Shown here piece by piece: positions 18,659 to 25,368 of a DNA stretch of 25,368 nucleotides. Positions within the stretch are counted from its first letter, which is position 1; the number at the start of each line of letters is the position of its first letter. A program made the translations under genes and the position numbers. This DNA comes from Promethearchaeota archaeon (lineage in GTDB: Archaea; Asgardarchaeota; Lokiarchaeia; Sigyniarchaeales; SOKP01): assembly GCA_011364925.1 (NCBI GenBank), contig RDOA01000029.1, positions 1 to 25,368 of the forward strand, written 5' to 3'. The notes under the pieces are model-generated. The model did no database searches. It had not been told where the DNA came from and worked only from the letters and a program-made list of their open reading frames with translations.

Positions 18659-20629
18659 TTACTTTTTTCGAATTAATTCTTCTTCTAACAGATGAATTAT
18701 TAAGGTTTGTATCGTTCTGGGTTGAATTATCCTTCCGTATTCCAACGAGAGAAAAGCTGATATTGTTAAAATATTGTATCCTTTCCCTATTAGATTAAAC
18801 AACTCGTTTATAGGACCTAAAAATTCATACTTCAAATCGGATGTAAATTTTTCGAAATCCTCATTTTTAACCAGCAACATAGCATCTCTTGCATATAACG
18901 GTCCAGGGTAATTATGTTCATATATAGTATTGAACATTTGCTCTTTTTGTTTTAAGTCCGTTTCATTGAAATCAGATTTCTCATCCCATCGTAGATTCTG
19001 AGAGTTGATATATTCTTTCATTTCATTTTTCGCTGATTCAATAAGGTGAAGAGTCTCTGTAGAATTATCAATCAATTCAATTCTATCAAATAACTCTGAT
19101 TCATATTGAAAAGAGCAGCTTATTACGTATCTTCCTAGCAAATAAGATTCTATCCTTAAATCTGTTTTCTCTTCATTCTCAGAAGATGAAACAAATAAAG
19201 ATAATTCTTCGAGAAGTTTAACCATGTTACCGATTCTGTTGAATAATCCCTGATGGATTACAGGCCAGAATTCCTTGATGAGAGATATATCAAAGGTTGA
19301 AAACACATATGATATGCTTAATGCAATCGCGATCACTCTCTTTAATTCTGTAGAATCACAATATTCTACAGTATCCACATTGGAATGCCAGTTAGGATCG
19401 TTATGGCCAAACATGAGCGCGGGAATTCCAAAATAGGAATCTATAAAGAGAAAATGATCGCTACCTCCGTCATAGCTTCGTAGACGGTAAGACATTGGAT
19501 TTTTCGTTCCGTTGATAGCTATACCTTTAGGATGGTCAGCAACATTTTTTACAAACAGAGATGTTAGGTCGTTCAGGATTGAAGGTGTGGACCGAGGAGC
19601 AAGGTTAACTTCAAATGGTTGTCCTAATTTTGAAGGATGTTCTCCAATCATATCTAAGTTTATACAAGCTAATGTTTTTCTAATTCGTTTTTCGTGGAGT
19701 TTCATCCATGGAATAGTACCATTGAATTCTGGAACCCATACGAATCTCAACGTTCGCTTCGGATTCTTAATTAGTTTATGGTTAATCAAATATTTGAAAG
19801 ATCTGGCTAATTCAAGTAAACCAGCCGCTCCACTTGCGTTATCATTTGCACTTGGGAGGGGATGGCACAAATGAGAAATGATAACTATCTCTTGTTCAGG
19901 AAATTCCGTTCCTTTTATAGAACTGGATAACACTTCAAAACTGCCTTCCATGAATTCTGCATTTATACTAGCACGCATCTTCACAGGTCCCTTTTTAAGC
20001 AATTCTTTTAGATGCATCGCTTGATTATATGATATGCTGAAACCAAATTTTGCAGTATTCATTCTTTCTTTTGTGGTGAAAAAGCCATTGTATGTTACTC
20101 GATCTAGATTATTCCTTGCTCTCTTTAAATCGGGATAATAGATTACACCTATAGCTTTACTTTCTTCAACAAGGGGACGATTGAAAGACAAGAGTCCTGA
20201 CATCAATATAATTTTTCCTTCGATATCGTTCTCATCATAATCCTCCCTTTTATCTCCGACACCAATATCTACAAGTTCTACAGTTACATCACATGGTATT
20301 GAGTGAGTAATTATTGAAACAGGTATATCATTGAAATCACATAATTTAGTTTTCTCTGGCTCTATAATCCACAATTCTCCAGTTTTGATCTCCCATTGAT
20401 ATGCCGCGGGATATCCCCAAATTGTTGTCGTTCCATCGGCGGGAGATTTAAAATGTTCAATATCATCGAAACCTAAACTCTGTAATTCTTCTTTAATGGT
20501 CTCAAGACTGTCATGGTACCCATTTGATGCTTGAATTCGGTTATATTGGGAGATTTTAGCCACCCAATCCCATGCTCTTTGTCCATTTACTACATCTAGT
20601 ATGTTATCAAGAAATATTTCAATATTCAC
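18659..20629 (-). CDS. M28 family metallopeptidase with PA domain (DUF4910-like)
   Basis: SHLCHPLPSANDNASG, WVPE, INLDMIG, GSDH and WHSNVDT motifs; GTG start. Confidence 0.85.
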   Translation of the reverse strand: MNIEIFLDNILDVVNGQRAWDWVAKISQYNRIQASNGYHDSLETIKEELQSLGFDDIEHFKSPADGTTTIWGYPAAYQWEIKTGELWIIEPEKTKLCDFNDIPVSIITHSIPCDVTVELVDIGVGDKREDYDENDIEGKIILMSGLLSFNRPLVEESKAIGVIYYPDLKRARNNLDRVTYNGFFTTKERMNTAKFGFSISYNQAMHLKELLKKGPVKMRASINAEFMEGSFEVLSSSIKGTEFPEQEIVIISHLCHPLPSANDNASGAAGLLELARSFKYLINHKLIKNPKRTLRFVWVPEFNGTIPWMKLHEKRIRKTLACINLDMIGEHPSKLGQPFEVNLAPRSTPSILNDLTSLFVKNVADHPKGIAINGTKNPMSYRLRSYDGGSDHFLFIDSYFGIPALMFGHNDPNWHSNVDTVEYCDSTELKRVIAIALSISYVFSTFDISLIKEFWPVIHQGLFNRIGNMVKLLEELSLFVSSSENEEKTDLRIESYLLGRYVISCSFQYESELFDRIELIDNSTETLHLIESAKNEMKEYINSQNLRWDEKSDFNETDLKQKEQMFNTIYEHNYPGPLYARDAMLLVKNEDFEKFTSDLKYEFLGPINELFNLIGKGYNILTISAFLSLEYGRIIQPRTIQTLIIHLLEEELIRKK

Positions 20630-20719
20630 GATGAAATAATCACTTTTAGATGATTTAAAATATATTTAATACCAATAATGTCTTCTTTCAAATAAATTTG
20701 ATACTAAATTAACTTACTA

Positions 20720-20725
20720 GAGGAG
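20720..20725 (+). promoter_or_regulatory. Shine-Dalgarno for the sulfofructose transaldolase
   Basis: GAGGAG 6 nt before the ATG at 20732. Confidence 0.7.
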
Positions 20726-20731
20726 TAAACC

Positions 20732-21400
20732 ATGAAATATTTCCTTGACAGTGCAAAATTAGACGAAATTAAATACGCGTTAAATAATTGGGGAATTGAT
20801 GGAGTAACATCAAATCCTAAACACATAAAGAGTTCTGGCAAATCTTTTTATAGCGTGATAAAAGAATTTGCCGAAGAGTTCAAAGATCTAGACTTCCCTA
20901 TATCAGTAGAGATAAACCCTCACATATTTGACTCAAAAGAGATGGTTTCAGCAGCAAAAGAGATCGCAAAAATTTCTCCAAATTTTGTAGTTAAAATCCC
21001 TTGTACAGAACAAGGACTGATTGCAGCTAAAGAACTCGAAAATAACGGGATAAAAGTTAATGTCACCCTAGTTTTTACAACGTCTCAAGCCCTACAGGTT
21101 GGAAGGATTGGAGCTACGTATTGTTCACTGTTTATTGGGTGGCAGGAAGGCTCAGGTGTAGATTGTGAAGTCTTAATCTCGGATATCATGCAGATTTATA
21201 GAAATTACGATTTCACTACCAAAGTAATAATTGCTGCTGTACGAAATGCTAAACAAATCGTTGATGCCGCTCGTTTTGGAGCGGATATTGTTACAGCCGG
21301 ATTCCAGGCATACAAAGATAGCTTTGAACATCCTTTTACGGATAAAGGACTTAAAATTTTTCAAGACGCTTGGGATGATACGGAATTAGGAACTTTATAA
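20732..21400 (+). CDS. sqvA: 6-deoxy-6-sulfofructose transaldolase (SqvA/SftT-type; small transaldolase family)
   Basis: MKYFLDSA...WGIDGVTSNPKH, FPISVEINPH, Schiff-base K88 (VVKIPCTE), NVTLVF. Trp137 (FIGW) replaces the Arg of canonical SPFVGR, and Arg171 is kept. It closely follows the Bacillus SqvA sequence as I recall it, and sits next to the isomerase and SQase. Confidence 0.87.
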   Translation: MKYFLDSAKLDEIKYALNNWGIDGVTSNPKHIKSSGKSFYSVIKEFAEEFKDLDFPISVEINPHIFDSKEMVSAAKEIAKISPNFVVKIPCTEQGLIAAKELENNGIKVNVTLVFTTSQALQVGRIGATYCSLFIGWQEGSGVDCEVLISDIMQIYRNYDFTTKVIIAAVRNAKQIVDAARFGADIVTAGFQAYKDSFEHPFTDKGLKIFQDAWDDTELGTL

Positions 21401-21422
21401 TAATCTGTAATGAGGGATTAAA

Positions 21423-22739
21423 TTGAAACAAGAAATACGCGTCGGTCTTGTATGTTTAGCTCGGAAAACTTTTGATTATCAAGCAGCTGAGGAGATTTAC
21501 CGTAAAATCAAAAATGATCTAAATAAATTTGAATATATCCAATGGGAAATTGTAGAGAGCTTGGTTTTTGAGATTGAAGAGGCTCAAAAAGCAGCTCACC
21601 TATTATCTTCCCGAGAAGTCGATGCGTTGGTATGTATAAGTGGTACTTTTGCATTAGGGCATTTAATTTTAGAATTAAATAAGATTGTTAAAAAACCTAT
21701 CTTATTATGGGGTTTGGAAGAGTTACCTTATGACGGCGGAAAAATTCGGTTAAATTCTGTGTGTGGTATTAACTTAAATACGAGCAATTTGTACAAAGCT
21801 GGAGTTCGAAATTATCATGTTGTCATTGGCGACCAAATCGATGAGGATTGGTTGAGCGCAATCCGTATTATCAAAGCCTTTTTTACTAATCGTATTGGGA
21901 TTATTGGATATAGGGCTAAAGGTTTCTTCAATTTAGATGTCGATGAGCTGGACTTGTATAAACAATTAGGTGTTCTCGTTGATCATTTTGAGTTAGATGA
22001 TGTTTACAGTTACGAGGTTAATAAGGGCGAATTAAGGAAAAGAGTAGAGCATATCAAATCAATCTTTGATGTATCTAAAGTAACTGAACAACAACTTGCT
22101 AAAGTTGCAGAATTAGTGGTAAAATTTGAAGGTTTTATCAATGATAATCAATTAAGTGCTCTTGCTGTGAGATGTTGGCCGGAGTTTGCGGAGGATTTTG
22201 GTATTTCTCCTTGTGCCGCGATGTCAATTTTACAATCAGAGGGTAAAATTCTATCATGTGAGGGTGATATTTTAGGAGCATTATCTATGTTGGCCCATAA
22301 AGCTATAGGTGGTGAATCACCATTCATTGCTGATTTCTCACAAGTTGATCTTAAAGAAAATTTTGGACTTCTATGGCACTGTGGTGTAGCAGCTTGTAAT
22401 TTATGGGATGAGAAATGTAATAGGTCTTTAGATAATTATTTTGCCGGAGGAAAAGGAGTTACAGCTGATTTCGTAATGAAGTCTGGAGAGATTTCAATGG
22501 CTAGGATTGATTACGCCCCCGAAGAATATAGAGTCTTCTTACAAAAAGCACAAGGTATACCTATGAATAAAGACCTAAAGGGAACCTATGTTAAAGTAAC
22601 GTTTGAGGAAGATGTAAGGGTTGTACTAGATAAAATTATCCAAAATGGCATAGCTCATCATATTTCTGTAGTTTATGGTGACTTTATTAAACCATTAGAG
22701 ATTTTTGCTAAATTGCAAGGTTGGAAGATTATCAATTAA
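21423..22739 (+). CDS. sqvD: Sulfoquinovose isomerase (SqvD/SftI-type; L-fucose/L-arabinose isomerase family)
   Basis: RKTFD, GGKIRLNSVCG, RCWPEF, CEGD, WHCG and HH motifs, as recalled for SftI/SqvD. TTG start with GAGGGA SD. Confidence 0.82.
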   Translation: MKQEIRVGLVCLARKTFDYQAAEEIYRKIKNDLNKFEYIQWEIVESLVFEIEEAQKAAHLLSSREVDALVCISGTFALGHLILELNKIVKKPILLWGLEELPYDGGKIRLNSVCGINLNTSNLYKAGVRNYHVVIGDQIDEDWLSAIRIIKAFFTNRIGIIGYRAKGFFNLDVDELDLYKQLGVLVDHFELDDVYSYEVNKGELRKRVEHIKSIFDVSKVTEQQLAKVAELVVKFEGFINDNQLSALAVRCWPEFAEDFGISPCAAMSILQSEGKILSCEGDILGALSMLAHKAIGGESPFIADFSQVDLKENFGLLWHCGVAACNLWDEKCNRSLDNYFAGGKGVTADFVMKSGEISMARIDYAPEEYRVFLQKAQGIPMNKDLKGTYVKVTFEEDVRVVLDKIIQNGIAHHISVVYGDFIKPLEIFAKLQGWKIIN

Positions 22740-22752
22740 CGATCTATGAGTA

Positions 22753-24741
22753 TTGATTGTGTCAAGATTAAAGTTTAATAAACTCGCAGATGGGTTTACA
22801 ATATATTTTAAAGATTATCTTTTCCTAAAGCACAGTCCAAATGATCCATGTTTTAAAATCGGCAAGGCAGAAGCTAAGTACAAAATGCATCATGGACACT
22901 TTAAAATTAGGGAAAAAATAAAGACTCAGATTCCTTTGCTGAGATTTAAGCTTTTAGATTCTAGTGATGTTCATTTAGAACTGGAATTTAAAAATTCTGA
23001 AGTACAAGTTCTTAAGGTCTTTATTCAAGCAGAAAATGATATTTTGAGGCTAAGATTTAGTTGTTCTGATCCCGAATTTAATAGATTTTGGATGAGGATT
23101 CAAGCTACCACCGATGAGGCTATATTCGGACTTGGAGAACAATTTTCAGAGGTCAATTTTAGGGGCAAGGAAGTTCCACTTTGGGTTGAAGAACAAGGAG
23201 TTGGACGAGGAGACCCTCCTATAACTGGAGATTGGTACACCACTTATCATCCACAACCCACTTTTGTGTCATCACAGAACTATTTCTGCCACTGTAATAG
23301 TACTAGTTACGCTAAATTCGATTTTACGAATGAAAAGTTTCATGAACTGTATATTTGGAGCGTACCTGGAGAAATTGTGCTCGGTAAATTTGAATATACT
23401 CTTGAGACTGTCAGCAATCTGTCAAAGTTGTTAGGAATCCAACCTAAATTACCGGATTGGGTTTATAATGGAGTTTGGCTGGGAATTCAAGGTGGAAACG
23501 AGATTGTTGAGGAGAAAATTAGAAAGTGTCTCGAAAAGAAAATAAAAATTGCTGCGGTGTGGTGTCAAGATTGGCAGGGAATTCACATGCAAGGTACTCA
23601 GAAAAGATTGATTTGGAACTGGGAATATGACTCAAATCTTTATCCAGATTTACCAAATTACATAAAAAGCTTAAACGATAGGGGTATAAAGTATCTTGGT
23701 TATAACAACTCTATGCTTGCACTGGGGGTAGAACAATACCAATACGCCCTTGAAAACGGTTTAACTGTAAAAAATCTGGATGGAAATCAGTACAAAATAA
23801 TCACTGATAGTGGAGAAAAGTCTTTGCTTGATCTCAGCAATCCAGAAACTATAACATGGTTCAAAGAGATTATTAAAGAAAATATGATAAATATTGGGAT
23901 GTCTGGATGGATGGCAGATTATGGAGAGTATCTCCCAATAGATTGTGTTTTACATTCTGGAGAAAGTCCAGAGATGTTTCACAATAAATTCCCTGTAATA
24001 TTTGCCAAAGCGAATTACGAGGCCGTAAAAGAAGTTGATAAGCTAGAAGAGATCGTCTTCTTTACAAGAGCAGGTTATTCGCATATATCAAAGTACACAA
24101 CAGCAGTATGGGCCGGCGATCAACTTGTAGACTGGAGTTTGGGTGACGGATTGGGAACTGTAATTCCTGCTGGCATATCAATTGGTATCTGCGGCATAGG
24201 ATACTATCATTTTGATATTGGTGGATTTCATAGCCTTGAAAATTACTTTCGCACTAAAGAGTTGTTTATGCGTTGGACAGAAGCTGCGGTTTTCACAATG
24301 ATTATGCGGACTCATGAAAGCGTTAAACCGTACGATAATTTGCAATTTGATTACGATGATGAAACGCTAGAGCATTTTGCTAAAATGGTAGACTTACACG
24401 TTCGGCTTAAACCCTATTTTCAATACATCTCGGAAGAATATCAAAAAACAGGCATAAGCCCCTTTAGAGGATGCTTTTTACATTATGAAAACGATCCTGA
24501 GCTTTACAATTTGAAATATCAATACATGTTAGGACCTGATTTAGTTATCGCCCCTGTAATTGCCCCTAATAAAGATTTATGGAAAGTTTATCTCCCGAAA
24601 GACGATTGGATACATTTGTGGAGTAATACTGAATACAATGGCGGTTGGATATCTGTTAGAGCACCATTAGGTAGGCCTCCCGTATTTTTTAGAAAAGATT
24701 CAAAGTTTAAGGATTTATTCAAAAGTTTAATTGAAATTTAA
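22753..24741 (+). CDS. yihQ: GH31 sulfoquinovosidase (YihQ-type)
   Basis: GEQFS...PLWVEEQGVGR, PQPTFVS, LGIQGG, WCQDWQG...KRLIWNW, nucleophile WMADYGE, acid/base WAGDQ, DIGG and MRTHE. Start is TTG at 22753 or GTG at 22759. Confidence 0.87.
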   Translation: MIVSRLKFNKLADGFTIYFKDYLFLKHSPNDPCFKIGKAEAKYKMHHGHFKIREKIKTQIPLLRFKLLDSSDVHLELEFKNSEVQVLKVFIQAENDILRLRFSCSDPEFNRFWMRIQATTDEAIFGLGEQFSEVNFRGKEVPLWVEEQGVGRGDPPITGDWYTTYHPQPTFVSSQNYFCHCNSTSYAKFDFTNEKFHELYIWSVPGEIVLGKFEYTLETVSNLSKLLGIQPKLPDWVYNGVWLGIQGGNEIVEEKIRKCLEKKIKIAAVWCQDWQGIHMQGTQKRLIWNWEYDSNLYPDLPNYIKSLNDRGIKYLGYNNSMLALGVEQYQYALENGLTVKNLDGNQYKIITDSGEKSLLDLSNPETITWFKEIIKENMINIGMSGWMADYGEYLPIDCVLHSGESPEMFHNKFPVIFAKANYEAVKEVDKLEEIVFFTRAGYSHISKYTTAVWAGDQLVDWSLGDGLGTVIPAGISIGICGIGYYHFDIGGFHSLENYFRTKELFMRWTEAAVFTMIMRTHESVKPYDNLQFDYDDETLEHFAKMVDLHVRLKPYFQYISEEYQKTGISPFRGCFLHYENDPELYNLKYQYMLGPDLVIAPVIAPNKDLWKVYLPKDDWIHLWSNTEYNGGWISVRAPLGRPPVFFRKDSKFKDLFKSLIEI

Positions 24742-24757
24742 CGAGTGTAGTGTTGAA

Positions 24758-24991
24758 ATGAAACCCCCAATATGTTGTATTTGTTATAAAAGATTAGATA
24801 ATCTCGACAAGGGTGGTCTTATCTATTTTAAAAAAAGACTTTCAGATAAAAAATGGGACAAACGAATGGAAGAAAATGGAATGGTAGGGCACCCTCCATA
24901 TGCAGAATGGTTCTGCGAAGATCACTATGCCAAAGCTAAAGAGTTGAAGCATTTAACTATCGTTGAAGCTATGAACTTAATAAAGGCTTAA
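24758..24991 (+). CDS. Small putative Zn-binding protein (CxxC...CxxH), 77 aa
   Basis: MKPPICCIC...GHPPYAEWFCEDH. The ATG at 24758 avoids overlap with the SQase gene. Confidence 0.7.
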   Translation: MKPPICCICYKRLDNLDKGGLIYFKKRLSDKKWDKRMEENGMVGHPPYAEWFCEDHYAKAKELKHLTIVEAMNLIKA

Positions 24992-25368
24992 CTCTAAGAT
25001 AATATCAACTGGTTCATTATCAAGAGTTGCTTGGGCAGATCTTGGGCTCCCTCCTCCTTTACCTCCAAATTTTTGAAGCAAGTCAGTGATGATATCGTTT
25101 GCTTTAAAGACTTCGTTATTAGAGAGGATTTGTATTTTATTATTGCCGGATTTCATAATTAAAAGATAATTTGGAGGAAAACTCTTAAAAACTTTAGCTA
25201 ACAATTTATAATCTACTTCAAAGTCTACCACGCCAATTTTTATGCCTTTAAGAGTAGTAGATGGAGAGATAGCAATCAACTCCAAGGCTTTTGCCATTAA
25301 TTTCTCATTTTCTTCTCGAAGTTTGAATACTTGAGTCTTCAGTGTATTATAAAGTATTGCTACAGATA
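24977..25368 (-). CDS. C-terminal part of an alanyl-tRNA editing (AlaX)/AlaRS-type protein with DHHA1 domain (5' end outside the window)
   Basis: FGGKGGGSPRSAQ is a DHHA1 motif. The frame stays open upstream of the ORF-track ATG to the window edge (SVAILYNTLKTQVFKLREENEKL, coiled-coil-like). Confidence 0.78.
   Translation of the reverse strand, partial: SVAILYNTLKTQVFKLREENEKLMAKALELIAISPSTTLKGIKIGVVDFEVDYKLLAKVFKSFPPNYLLIMKSGNNKIQILSNNEVFKANDIITDLLQKFGGKGGGSPRSAQATLDNEPVDIILELSLY

Noticed and set aside
1216-21364. Short ORF-track entries nested in or antisense to long genes (e.g. 1216-1566, 3497-3817, 10081-10449, 11588-11929, 19512-19874)
   Set aside because: They overlap well-supported genes and have no motifs; they are shadow ORFs.
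20732-22739. Housekeeping transaldolase/FSA plus L-fucose isomerase
   Set aside because: The Arg-to-Trp pocket change, SqvD-type motifs and linkage to a YihQ-type GH31 fit the sulfo-TAL pathway better.
24977-25297. Stand-alone 106-aa DHHA1 protein
   Set aside because: The frame is open to the window edge, so this is the 3' part of a longer gene.
1-25368. CRISPR array, tRNA, rRNA or IS element
   Set aside because: Intergenic gaps are short and AT-rich, with no regularly spaced repeats, cloverleaf or transposase seen by eye.

Overview
AT-rich archaeal DNA, most consistent with an Asgard archaeon (Lokiarchaeia-like). This is inferred from TATA-box promoters, oligo-T terminators, an HTH_10 regulator, a thiolase/DUF35 module, a free-standing LAGLIDADG protein and a longin/uDENN-like protein; no marker gene proves it. 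The main finding is a three-gene operon at 20732-24741. Generic annotation would read it as transaldolase, fucose isomerase and alpha-glucosidase. Its motifs instead match the core of the sulfoglycolytic sulfofructose-transaldolase (sulfo-TAL/SFT) pathway: SqvA/SftT, SqvD/SftI and a YihQ-type sulfoquinovosidase, with variant sulfonate-pocket residues and no linked sulfolactaldehyde-processing or transport genes. The window also holds: a double-motif LAGLIDADG ORF missed by the ORF track (1-1061); a pseudo-HMG-CoA-synthase-DUF35 fusion plus thiolase (PhlABC-like); a longin/uDENN-like + Ig-like protein with a GNAT; a cassette of two FkbM paralogs around an HTH_10 regulator and a polytopic membrane hydrolase with a perfect 18-bp palindrome in its promoter; a glycosidase cluster (MBL, GH2, GH4); peptidases; and a partial DHHA1 (AlaX/AlaRS-type) gene. 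No rRNA, tRNA, CRISPR array or IS was recognised.
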